A program made the translations under genes and the position numbers. A stretch of 63,078 nt of DNA, counting the filler, from Lenisia limosa (taxonomy: Eukaryota; Protista; Breviatea), in NCBI GenBank assembly GCA_001655205.1. It is 10 parts of 10 records of this genome, joined end to end, with 100 filler letters (N's around TTAATTAATTAA, not from the genome) between each part and the next. Parts side by side here need not be neighbours in the genome. Positions count along the whole stretch, not along the records: positions 37,641 to 39,888 come from LPNZ01009516.1; positions 39,989 to 43,617 come from LPNZ01005643.1; positions 43,718 to 57,445 come from LPNZ01003472.1; 7 more parts are not named here. One strand, written 5' to 3'. This document shows, piece by piece, positions 37,541 to 49,800 of the stretch (position 1 is the stretch's first letter; each line of letters starts with the position of its first letter). A model generated the notes under the pieces. The model saw only the letters and a list, made by a program, of their open reading frames with translations, was not told the origin of the DNA and did no database searches.

Positions 37541-37961
37541 NNNNNNNNNNNNNNNNNNNNNNNNNNNNNNNNNNNNNNNNNNNNTTAATTAATTAANNNN
37601 NNNNNNNNNNNNNNNNNNNNNNNNNNNNNNNNNNNNNNNNGTAATAGTCTCAAAGTTTGGTCTTAGGCAAGCAATAAGCTGCTCAAAATGGTTGGTGGTA
37701 TTGTAATCAGTATCCCTTACACATAATATATATCATATATATAATATAATGATAATCTAATGATATTGACGGTATAGCCTATTTTCTGCATTGACACCTT
37801 AGGTTGGAGGAATCCAATTGGCCCAAGATTGGACGGGTAAATTCGAGGGCCCTGCCTTTGCAGCTGCTCTTGAAGCCCTTCGTGGGGGGGGGACCTCATT
37901 TATAATTTCCTTTTAAAACTACACACTTTTTCATTTCATTACCAATTTCTCATTTCCTCAG

Positions 37962-39812
37962 ACGCGGTCACTTCAGCCTTCTCATGGGCGTCGTTATTGG
38001 AGGTTACTTCCCCGCCGCTTATCAAAACCATCTACACAGTGAGACGGGAAAAAGGCTGTGTGGACAGAATTCGGGTAAATTAGTATTATATATATTACTT
38101 TGTAATATATTTGTATTTCTCCTCTATATCTAGATATATATGTATATCTCATATCAGCTTGATGGAGTGAAGACATCGGAGAGATACTTTCGTGTTATAT
38201 TCTTAATTTTGACATTGGGGTTTTTCTTTGATAATACTTCGTTGTCCAATGTCATCCCACCCCATCATTCATTACTTATTCCTGCATATCAAATGCATAG
38301 TGTATCATATACTATAATTATACAATTTGTTTGATTTTCCCAAGCATTCCATTCTCGTGACCACAACAGTATATCCACTTGAAAGACGAGCTTGGAGTGG
38401 CGGCTTGTGAAGCTCTCATGGAACTGATTAATCAAATCAATCTACTGAAACAATCCAATATTTACGATTATAGAATCATCATCCGTGAACTCCTTTGTAC
38501 TGGAGATCTTCACACAGCTCTTTTCCCTCATTGCTAACATGACTAACACTGTGAGTGGTTTAGAGAGAAGAACATAATTATGAAGACACTCATAAGAAGA
38601 AACGAATAATCCTATATTCTATACATACATCATATGTACGTTTTTTGTTTTCATTTAATATATTTAATATACATATCGTATAGCTATTATATATTATGTA
38701 GTATGTAGTGCACACAGTTTCACTTCAGTTCCAAAAGACTTACTTCGTATAAATCCTCAAAAAATTGACACTTTTCCTCACGCTTTGAAAAATAATTGAA
38801 ATAAAGGTCTCTTCATGCACTCACCAACAGGGCTTGAATGATGTCAACGAAGACTTCCTCTCCAAGCTTATCGACTTCACCGCCGTCTTTATCGAGAAGT
38901 ACCTGCCACTTGTTGAATCCGATCAGAGGTCTGCTGATTATATTACCCCCCCCCCCCNNNNNNNNNNNNNNNNNNNNNNNNNNNNNNNNNNNNNNNNNNN
39001 NNNNNNNNNNNNNNNNNNNNNNNNNNNNNNNNNNNNNNNNNNNNNNNNNNNNNNNNNNNNNNNNNNNNNNNNNNNNNNNNNNNNNNNNNNNNNNNNNNNN
39101 NNNNNNNNNNNNNNNNNNNNNNNNNNNNNNNNNNNTTCGTTTCTGACACCCCCAGGTTCCCAGTATCGCAGTTCTTCGAGCTGTTCCTTCGGTTCACGCT
39201 CGCACAACCCACATCAGAAACGTTCCTCGATTGCGTGGAGGTACGTCTGGTGCTTTTTTTAAAAAGGAACACTTTTTTTTGAATACCTTTAGGTATTCAC
39301 AGAACCCATCTATTCAAAACAACTGCACTATTACGGAAAATTCTATTCTCTTCTCCAATTTTTCATCATTTCCCCCCCTTTGATTCTGATAACTTAGGTT
39401 ATGCCGATAATACAGTAGGTACTAATGACTAATTATCCCCATATCTACATGTTTACATACTTAAGATACTGTCTTTTGAATTTGAATCATTTCTGTTTTA
39501 GTTCCTTACCCACGCCCTTAGATTTGGGCCGAGTTTGCGAAGTTCATTGAGGCTGAGGAGGAGGAGGCAACGCAGGGTGGTGCAAGACAGGCTGGGTCGG
39601 TCAAAAGCAAGGTGGGGAGGGGGTAGAAGTAAAATGAAGGAAATGTTGAAGTATGGCGGCGATGCACGGCTAACCAGCACCTCCAGTTCCTCTCCATCTT
39701 CCAAGAAGTCGGTAGAGCCTCTCTGGACCGTTTGCAGTTCTCGAAGTCAGCATCGTACTTATCGGGTCTCGATGACACCACTCCCGATGTCGACGATTCG
39801 TGCCAGACTGAG
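37962..39812 (+). CDS. XPO6: Exportin-6 (internal fragment)
   Basis: Exons ELGVAACEALMELI (from 38370), GLNDVNEDFLSKLIDFTAVFIEKYLPLVE (38831-38928), FPVSQFFELFLRFTLAQPTSETFLDCVE (39156-39240), IWAEFAKFI and LDRLQFSKSASYLSGLDDTTPDVDDSCQTE (to 39812) follow my recollection of XPO6 (FPVVEFLTLLFKYTFHQPT; RIQF...LEELDDE...QTEW) in order. Confidence 0.85.
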
Positions 39813-39988
39813 GTGGGTTATTAGGTCATGAATAGCGTCACCACGAAGGGTATGACTAATGTTAGAAGATGGGGATGAAGCCATTCTGNNNNNNNNNNNN
39901 NNNNNNNNNNNNNNNNNNNNNNNNNNNNNNNNTTAATTAATTAANNNNNNNNNNNNNNNNNNNNNNNNNNNNNNNNNNNNNNNNNNNN

Positions 39989-40075
39989 CCCCCCCCCCCC
40001 AGATAGTGAATGAGCTGAAAGCAGAGTTTGAAGAAGCAGAAGCGCAGGCACAATAAAGAAGCCTCGAGACCCCAT
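39989..40075 (-). CDS. First exon of a predicted secreted protein (truncated)
   Basis: ATG at 40075 gives MGSRGFFIVPALLLLQTLLSAHSLSG, which is signal-peptide-like. Confidence 0.45.
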
Positions 40076-40202
40076 GGTATTGTTATGTTTTGTCCTTTCA
40101 TGTCGGACTGTTTCCCCCTCCCTGTCAGCCACATATGTTTTATTTATTTCCAGATTGCCGGTAGGGGATTGAAGTTCAGAATTATATGATATGTACAATA
40201 AT

Positions 40203-40275
40203 TTGGGCTTCACTTCGGTTCGAAAAGACTGAATTCTCAATAAATCCTGGAAAACTATCGATATATGAAGCCCTA
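40203..40275. mobile_element. Family B MITE (internally deleted), abutting a family C copy
   Basis: GGGCTTCACTTCGGTTCG ... GAAGCCCTA termini. Confidence 0.75.
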
Positions 40276-40282
40276 ACTATTT

Positions 40283-40351
40283 TCCAATATCTCTAAAGCG
40301 TGGTGGTGAACGGATTCGGCCAGATACAACCTTATTATTTCTCATTGCAAT
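40283..40351 (+). repeat. Family C repeat
   Basis: TCCAATATCTCTAAAGCGTGGTGGTGAACGGATTCGGCCAGATACAACCTTATTATTTCTCATTGC. Confidence 0.75.
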
Positions 40352-41713
40352 AAAAAATAACATTTAAGGAGAATCATCAATACCGTTTTCTGTGCCCCTT
40401 TCATTAGGTTTTCACTTTGTGATGAGATGTCAGGCTAAGAGGTATCTAGTAGATATCAGAAATAAATACATCAGCCTCGAAGAATCAATAAGATATCAAT
40501 ACGTAAGTAAATATGTATTCAGTATTGCGAACTATTTTGAGGGGTCCAGAGTGTTCTGAAGGGAAAGTGCATCATGTGTCAACAAAGAAACAGGAATAAA
40601 ACAAAACATAAAATTAAATATAGGGTAGAGGAGGCACAGTCATTGAGATTTCGAGGGAATGGACTTAGTCTTTGAGATGAAGGTTGTTCTGCAAGTCGCG
40701 CCACCTGACAATGAGAATGGTGTCAGGATACTTAGAGAGGAAAGATATCGCCATTTATGAGAGTGGGCTCAATGTTACCTACACTCCCTCCCCCAGTCAC
40801 AATATTTTATGAACCAAATATCCCCAGGTCTCCCTATGTATTGTTTGTTTCCCAAGATTTCTAATGTAATTTCTCTTGTTAAAAAAAAAAGAGATGAGTT
40901 GATTGCGTTTTTTTTTGTCATATATTTTCCAATTTTACTCCCCCCCCCCCCCCCTANNNNNNNNNNNNNNNNNNNNNNNNNNNNNNNNNNNNNNNNNNNN
41001 NNNNNNNNNNNNNNNNNNNNNNNNNNNNNNNNNNNNNNNNNNNNNNNNNNNNNNNNNNNNNNNNNNNNNNNNNNNNNNNNNNNNNNNNNNNNNNNNNNNN
41101 NNNNNNNNNNNNNNNNNNNNNNNNNNNNNNNNNNNNNNNNNNNNNNNNNNNNNNNNNNNNNNNNNNNNNNNNNNNNNNNNNNNGGGTGTGGGAAACTGAC
41201 TCTTCGAGGAACAAAGTCGAGAAGAAATTGGTGGCAAAGAGAGGGCCAGTATCTATCATGCATTTTAAACCATATGTTTCGTAAATATAGCAGGGGATAC
41301 GAGGTAACAAGTCATAATAATAGAGTTAACAAATTGAATGTCGACACCCCATTAGTTTCTATTTCTGTTTTTACCGGCTATGTTCAAGAGAAAACTAAAA
41401 AATGAAGTTCTATCAATATTTATTTAAAAAGAAGTCAGAATGGGAAAAAAAAGATCTTATGAATCGGACCAAGGAGTCAGTTATGGTCTTCGTTGAATCC
41501 CACATAATATATAAACACCTTAATAATTTGATTCAAAAACTGCAGGTATTCAAGAATCCTAAGAATGGCAACAATGATCAAATTGAGTGGCCTTTGACGG
41601 GCATCGCCAAAATGAATTTGGAAGATCGTTCCGTTTTAAATTGTACAACAAAGTTATGTTAAGGAGAAGGGAAGGCAAAAGGAGGGCGTTGCAACAAGGA
41701 AACTGTGACATAC

Positions 41714-41991
41714 CTGAGTCTCTGCCTTAATCACATTGATCATTTGGACATCATCAGGAAATCCGATTACTCTAGCGTGCTCCTCAACGGCAAACTGAAA
41801 ATATGATGTTCACTAGATTGTTGTAACACGGATACCTACCCTGGCGACCTTTTGGATATCAGGAGAATCCGTATCGACTTGGGTCCAGCCTCCAGGGACT
41901 AAACAGTAACATAAAGTTTTCCGTGAAACCAACTTCCGAAAACGACCGCCAATAAGGTGGCCAGAATTAAAGTGCTTAACCAAAACTTCAT
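41714..41991 (-). CDS. Cystatin-like secreted protein, first three exons
   Basis: MKFWLSTLILATLLAVVFG-IPGGWTQVDTDSPDIQKVAR-FAVEEHARVIGFPDDVQMINVIKAETQ: signal peptide, N-terminal GG, helix, and the Q of the QxVxG loop. Confidence 0.6.
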
Positions 41992-42093
41992 TATTAACTC
42001 TAATATAGGACTATTTGGATGAAACAAAACGAAAAAAAATTCAACCTAAATATATTTAGAATACATGAATGACAGCGGACAGTTGGCAGGTAC

Positions 42094-43440
42094 TTATGCT
42101 TTGTAGGGGATGCTGTGAGTTCTTTTATTTCTGTTGTTCTGTTGCACTTCTGTTACACTTCTACTGCTAAGAGACTCCACTGTGCCCGAGGAGAACTGTG
42201 CCTTGGAGGCTTGGAAGCCCTTGGACTCAAATGGAACGCTAAATGAGGGATACAGGACTCCAAGAGGAGGCGTAAATTGTTTCATGCCCAGAATGTGATA
42301 AACAGGAGATTTTGGCGATAGATAGGAAACTGTGAACAAGAAGTAACATTTACATAAATAACAGCCTAAAATACACAGCAAATACCTCCCTAGTTGGCTT
42401 CCATCTCTGACACGAAGTTGCTGGGGAAGATACCCTGCAAAATTAAAGGTGAACAAAGAGTAAATGCTGAATCAATATCGATATAATACAGTGAGTGACC
42501 AGGATAAGTTTTGACCGATTTGCAATGTGATTTCCCAAATCGGCCAAGGCTAATCCTATCACAGTGTGTATCCCGGGGTTCCTACCTGGTTTCCCTCAAA
42601 GATTCCGATCCACCACCCGGAGTCATCACGTTCGATCACACTGATCACCGCGCCTACAGAGGTCAATTCAGCAGACTCAACAAATGCATTTCTGCACTTT
42701 TGTGGGGGGAAGTGCAAATGGAATATGATGAGGGAGTGACCAAATAGATCTCATCGAGACTCAAAACTGGCCGACCTTCGGGGAAAGAAATCTCAGTGGG
42801 GTCGACGGCATTGTAGTCGAAGAGAGCTCGGCAGATTCCGATGGACTCGGGTGCAGGCGGGGCTGAAATAGGGCCGTTCTATGGCGTGAGGCAAATAGAA
42901 TCCATGGCGCGTATCGAAATCTGAAGCGGTCTTTTTCTGGCCAGAGAAGATGTGTCTGGCTGAAGCCTCCACACCATCACGCTTATAAGGGATATATAGT
43001 AGTTTACCCCACATACAACGCCAACATATGGCTCGAAAGTCAAGGCCTTCGGAAGTTCTTGTGACGTGGAAGCGGCCTGAGCTCCGGCAATGATATCTGG
43101 TGGTGCATGATGATGTTAAGTGGGTGATAAGGCTTATGTTGTGATGATGGTGATGATTATGTGAAGTGGTAGTGATGATGATGCTTTTGTGATATGTTGA
43201 TGGTTGAATGTTATGATTACAAAGTAGCGAAACTGTTTTACAGATCCGATTAGGGATTTCCTACGGTCCGAAAAGGACAAGTAACAAAGAAGATATCGTG
43301 GATTCAAAAGAAATTTGGTCATTTTGGTATAAGTCCAGTGTAGACAAGTGAAATATCGACAATCGTCGAGTTCTTGCTTACCAGCCTCCTCATCAATCTG
43401 AGACGTTTTGACCGAAACGTTCTTCGAAAAGTCCTCCAAA
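42094..43440 (-). CDS. SH3-domain protein, 3' part
   Basis: Phase-consistent exons ICRALFDYNAVDPTEISFPE-GAVISVIERDDSGWWIGIFEGNQ-GIFPSNFVSD form a canonical SH3 domain. Confidence 0.88.
42489..42565. mobile_element. Family A MITE (degenerate)
   Basis: TACAGTG..GACCAGGATAAGTTTTGACCGATTTGCAATGTGATTTCCCAA matches 1309-1386. Confidence 0.75.
42951..43001 (-). repeat. Family C repeat (reverse orientation)
   Basis: Reverse complement reads TACTATA..ATAAGCGTGATGGTGTGGAGGCTTCAGCCAGACAC. Confidence 0.7.
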
Positions 43441-43867
43441 GTCTAAAGAGGAAGTGAGGTGTGAATGCAATGGGAGGGAAGAGGGCCAGCTACTACAAAC
43501 GGGAAATGGATTGTTTACTGTAGACAACGGACCAGGTAGAACAACATAGTTCTTATCCCCCCTTTTTTTTCTGGTCCTAGTTGGACTTACCCGAGAAACA
43601 AAAAATAAGGTTGTATCNNNNNNNNNNNNNNNNNNNNNNNNNNNNNNNNNNNNNNNNNNNNTTAATTAATTAANNNNNNNNNNNNNNNNNNNNNNNNNNN
43701 NNNNNNNNNNNNNNNNNCAGATACAAACCTTATTTTTTATTTCTCATTGCTATGTATGGGACATGGCTTATTGCGGACTATGGTAGCTATAATGTATGGG
43801 ACGTGCGTCTGCTTATTGTCTGCTGACTTTCCTTATTCTGTAAAGCTTCTCTTTTTTAGTGTAGAGG

Positions 43868-46800
43868 TTGATATTATGTGTAATAATAAGTTGCCCATCA
43901 CCACCCAGGCCTTTGAAGTTGAAGCTCAAGGTTCTTATGTCGTGGCTGTCGGAGATATCCTTGGAGATTTCGGAAGCAGAGAGGTATGAATCCTTGGCCC
44001 TTCTTTCTTTTTGTGGAAGTAGTTTGTCTTTCCAAGTTCATAGGTTGAGTTGTAGTAGTTTGTCTTTCCAAGTTCATCAATAGGTTGAGTTGTAGCAATT
44101 CAACAGCAATTCACAATTTAGGAATTCGAGGCTGCAGGGGGGCAATTATCGATTCGCCTCGGAAGGGGTCTTACCGACACTCCAGCGATACACCCGGTCA
44201 CTGATTATTCAGAGAGCTTCTTTATCCTCAACCCGAGTGGGCAACTTATGTTAATAACATGGTCTTCCCTAAATATCAATATTTTACCGGTCTTTTTCGG
44301 ACCGTAGGGAAGCCCTAGATGGTATGGGCAGCTTTCAATTTGTTCATCAGAGCTATTTTGTTTTGCAACAGAATTGATCTTGCAGATGTCACAAAGAGAG
44401 CCGAAAACCTCGCAAATGTCAATGTGACGTTCCCAATTGAAACCTCTCTCAATAACTTTGAGCAGGTCGGGCTGGTTCTGATTTTATTAAAAAAAAAATG
44501 CAAAATATTGTTTCAGCATTTTCCCCATTTTGAGAATTATGGCCATGTGCTCTTGATCTGATATGGTTTAATACTATTATATGGTACATATATGTACATG
44601 TATATTTATATATTTTACATGATTTATGAGCATTAATTCCTAGTCTTCCGTACAGTTTGTTTCCTTATTTTGCCAGGATACCGCCACCCCTATGGATGTC
44701 TCATCATTTCGCATCATATACGAGGAGGCTGTGGTTTCGGTAGGATTTAGTCATTCGCATTGTAGCATTTGGGGATTCACTTCGGTTAACAAAAGACCGG
44801 TTAAATATCGATATTTATCGAAGATTTTTCGAGAAATTCAGTCTTTTTTTGAACCGAAGTGAAGCCCTAATTTGCATTGTGTAGTTTTTTTCTCGCGCTG
44901 ACATGTTTTTCATTCGCTTTAGATCTCCGCAAAAATCACTGACCATGCTGGAATCACCTATCCTGACGGGCCTATTTACGTTACTTCAAATGAACAAACC
45001 GGTGAATCGTTCTTCTTCGCATCTAGAGGTTGAGGGGAACATTTTGCTCGGTTGAAAAAGATGAAATTTATACCCCTTCAGCAGTATATTTTACTTTATA
45101 TGATAGCCAAAGAATTACCCAAGTTTCCCATTGAAATGCCTTTTTTGAAAGTCTCTATTGAAACTAGAATCATAAAGATCCAGCAGTTGAGCTGTACACA
45201 GAAAATACCCACAGAAAACGACAAACAGGAGGACTTCACGAACATTGCCTTTGACCTTCTTCAGAGCCATCCGACCTGACTGAAATTGTGTTCTTTGCCG
45301 TCCAGGCTCACGGTGCCACTGACATCCCTCCAAGTACTACTGACGTCGTATGTTTAGGGCTTCCCTGCGGTCCGAAAAAGATAACAATATTTATCGGGAG
45401 ATTCGGTCTTTTTTGGGACCGTAGGGAAGCCCTACGTATGTTACTGGATGCTCTTATCATTATTAGGAATATTTTCTCTCTCTCTCTCTCTGTTTTCATA
45501 ATTTAGCCCTCTGTTCTCTTTTCGCCTGCGGTTAGCTCGTTTGTCGCCCCAATTGCCCATCAGCCTGACACTGGAATTGCCTCATTCTCACAAGTACGAC
45601 CTCCGTTCTTTTTTGAAGAGAAATAATATACATTAGAAAAACAATAAAGAATACAGAGGGATACCATTCATACTCACAAGTTTCCTGAATAAGCAAATAG
45701 CCTGGTAACTAGTATTAATCTTGCCACTCATGCTCCCTAGTATTAATCTTGCCACTCATGCTCCCTAGTATTAATCTTGCCACTCATGCTCCCTTGTATT
45801 AATCTTGCCACTCATGCTCCCTAGTATTAATCTTGTCACTCATGCTCCCTAGTATTAATCTTGGCTCCAGGGTGAAGATATTTACATGATCCCCGAATTT
45901 AATGGAGAGTATTCAGTTAGCTTCTCGCTCAGAGATAAGGTAAGAGAATGTGAGGACAGNNNNNNNNNNNNNNNNNNNNNNNNNNNNNNNNNNNNNNNNN
46001 NNNNNNNNNNNNNNNNNNNNNNNNNNNNNNNNNNNNNNNNNNNNNNNNNNNNNNNNNNNNNNNNTAGGACCGTATGATTAAGGCGTCTTGAAGGGGTTGG
46101 TCTCTTCATCTCGGGGATGACACAGGGACTTTGGGGGGACTGTGAATATTTTGAACACTAAGAACAGGCATATCTCATCACAAAAGGGCCGTTTTTGATC
46201 CGGTTTGGGCCAAAAATGGGGTGATTGGGTCGTCTCTACACTATGCCGGGTTGTACCAGGGGAAAGCCGTGAATTCCGCGAAAATTTTGAATTTTTGAAA
46301 GGACAAGAAATGTATTTATCGAAAAACATTCACAAAAAAAACTTGTATCGGGAATGACATAGGATGGTTAGCTTCCGGCTACGGTCATACTCTGGGGGTC
46401 ATCGCGCATCCCGTCCGCTCTGCGAACGCAAGCCCCAGCAGGCCTTGGTAGTACTGACGTCGGAGACGAGTCGGGAAGGCAGGGTACTGTAGTTTTTTTT
46501 TTCTTGTTTTTTTTTCTTCTTTCTTCTTTTTTCTTTTCTTCCCCCTCCACTGTGAAGGTGCTGCTGGAAGCGCCTCAATTAAAAGTGGGCGCTAATGACG
46601 TGAGATATTTACATTTAGTTGAATCAAAGGAGTTGTTTTTGACACAGGACTCCTACTGACTGATATATGATATTCAAATTTTTGTTTCATGAACATTTCA
46701 AAATACGCAATTCCAGTGTTAATATAAATGGAAATTGCAAAACATAAAGGTGGTGTAGTGCACCCGCGGAAATACTCCGATCGAACTATCATGCACCTCC

Positions 46801-49800
46801 TGAATCTGTGACATAAGACGGATTGAGAAGGGCCTGGGTTATTATGCAGGGGCTATTGCCCTTATTCATGAATCTAATCCTTGTAGGGATAGACGGGGGG
46901 GTGATATGAGGTGACATGTTATTGTAATTAGGGCTACACTTCGGATCGAAATAGACCGGTAAAATATCGATAGTTTTCGAGGATTTATCGGTAGTTTTCG
47001 AGGATTTATCGAGAAATTCGGTCTTTTTTGACCAAAGTGAAGCCCTAGTTGCAATGTTGTATCACATGGCCAATATAATGAGAGAAATGCACCTGGTTAC
47101 CCCAACTGTTTTGGATGTACGATAGATACACATGGTTGGGGTAACCAAGTGCTCATCCCATATAATCAGGGCTTCACTCTGATCTAGAAAATGACTGAAA
47201 TCATCGAGATATTTCGATAGTTCAGCGATCTTTTTTGGGATGGAGAAACCCTACATATAATGAGCATTTATCTTGTTTACCTCCCCAGGCCAATGTGTTC
47301 ACAACCTTGTTTACCTCCCCAGGCCAATGTGTTCACGACCTCTATTGGGTCCACTATCAAGTATGTGGATTGCTCCATTCGACGACCTGGATCTGTTGCT
47401 GCTGTCATTGACGGCAAGGATGTCTGTGCCTGTCCTCCCGGTTGGCCTAATGTTTTGTTCAATAGATATTAATGAAGACTAAATAAGAGAAAGAATGGCG
47501 TGTTGTCTGTTGTGCCTTTTGTTTTTAAAAATTAAGATTTATTAGTATCGATGTATACAGTGCCATTGATAAGCCTTGACCGATTTGCTCTATGATTTCC
47601 CAAGGAAAATTGGTCAAGACTTATCCCGGTCAGTATATATGTACATGTAATATGTATATCTAGAGTAAGTGTTCTACTCGCTTCTTATCTCATTCCCCTT
47701 CCAGGAACGGGTATTGTGACGATGACGGTCTATAACGACCGCTACCACATGAGCTCCTGGGGTGATGAGTGTTTGCCGTGTTCGGGCACAGAAGAATACA
47801 GGTACCTTGCTAGCCCCACTGTTTCAGTGGTATGTTGGGATGGACCTTTGTTATATCATTAGGGCTTCCCTACGGTCCCAAAAAAGACGGAAATTCTCGA
47901 TAAATTTTATTTTACCGGTCTTTTTCGGACCAGGGAACCCTACATATAATTGTTGCAATATTGACCCCTTTAGTCTGCCTGTATCACGTGCCCTGCCTTC
48001 TCGGTACCAGCTCAAGACTCAGTGAGGGAGTTGATAATTTAGGAATAGTGCTTCACTTTGCTTCAAAATAAAACTGAAATTCTCGATAAATCCTCGAAAA
48101 CTATCAATATTATACTGGACTTTTTCAAACCGAAGTGAAACCCTATTTAGGAAGTATTTTTTCAGAATAGCATAAAGGTCACAGCATTTATTGGATAGGC
48201 ATATTGTATAGTTCCCTTTTTTTACCTGGTTTTTCATAGACTTCTTACCCCGAAGAGTGTTGAATATTGTAAATGTCTGAACGGCACCCGGGTAGTACCC
48301 CTGGATGCTGAAGATATCTCCGCGTCTCTCAACCTTCGGCTTGACACCAGGAATTACACCAAAGTAGGCTTATAGTGTTTTGTGTGCTGTGCCTCCCCCA
48401 CTTCTCAACTACAAATTACCCCTATGCTGGGAAGGTACACAGAAAGCTGTGTGCACAGAGTTTCAAGGCATTGGGTGATTAATATTATACTATATTCCAA
48501 TATCTCTTATAAGCGTGATGGTAAGGACGGCTTCGGTACAATCTAAATTTTTATTTCTCATTGCTATATAATATATGTATATATGATATAACTATATATA
48601 TACAATAACCGTTTCCTAGGACCCCAGTGATATGGTACCCCATTTTGGACTCGAGAAATGTGACTGTCCGCTCTACACTGTCTTCCAGACCACGTTCCAC
48701 GACAACTTTGAAGATCTGGACTGCAAAGTGAGGAGTGTTGCTACTGTACTTTCTTACTCACCCCCCCCCCTCTGNNNNNNNNNNNNNNNNNNNNNNNNNN
48801 NNNNNNNNNNNNNNNNNNNNNNNNNNNNNNNNNNNNNNNNNNNNNNNNNNNNNNNNNNNNNNNNNNNNNNNNNNNNNNNNNNNNNNNNNNNNNNNNNNNN
48901 NNNNNNNNNNNNNNNNNNNNNNNNNNNNNNNNNNNNNNNNNNNNNNNNNNNNNNNNNNNNNNNNNNNNNNNNNNNNNNNNNNNNNNNNNNNNNNNNNNNN
49001 NNNNNNNNNNNNNNNNNNNNNNNTCAATTGCACGTGCAGCGAACTGACTCCGTAAGTGTAGTGCCCACTTCTTCCACTATTCTTATATTTCATTAAACAT
49101 CAGGGTGGACGGTTTTGGTGTGGACGGCTTCAGACAGATACTCCCATGTAATATTTATCATTTCCACACACTGACCGGGATAAGTCTTGACCGATCTTCC
49201 TAGGATAATCACATAGCAAATCGGTCAAGACTTTGACTTATCCTGGTCACTGTATTAGCATACATCATAGTATATCATACAGTATAAGCCTTATTCCTCT
49301 TGGCCTGTTTAACTCTGCAGTTACGAGCTTTGGGTCAACGAGGAAGATCCGCTCAACATTCGGTCATGCCTTTGCCCTGCAGGCACCGAACCCAATAGCG
49401 GTGAGGACTAATAGTGTTATAGTATTTTAGTATTGTAATTATAGTATTATAGTATTATTGGTATTATATGTATATATAATTATTATAGTATTATAGTATT
49501 ATAGTATTGCAGCTTGTGGGCAGTATTCCTTCTACTCCAGAAACCATTTTTGAGATAACGAGTGATTGGATGCCATGCTGCAGAAGCGGCTGGCCTGGTC
49601 TTTGTTTATTTTGTTGTTGTCAACCCTCGTATGTTGTCGGCCAACAGTGTTGATTTAGGGCTTTTTTTGTTTCATAATTCTCCAATTTTACTCCCCCTCT
49701 CCCCTCCTAGGAGATGATGCTCTTCTTGAGCCTTGTACGGTGTGTAGAGTGGGCTTCTATCGCACGCCGCCAACAACACTGTGTCTTGAGTGCCCGGAAC

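Noticed and set aside
45710-45870. CRISPR-like array of 28-bp repeats
   Set aside because: The units are head-to-tail with no unique spacers, the context is a eukaryotic intron, and no cas genes are present.
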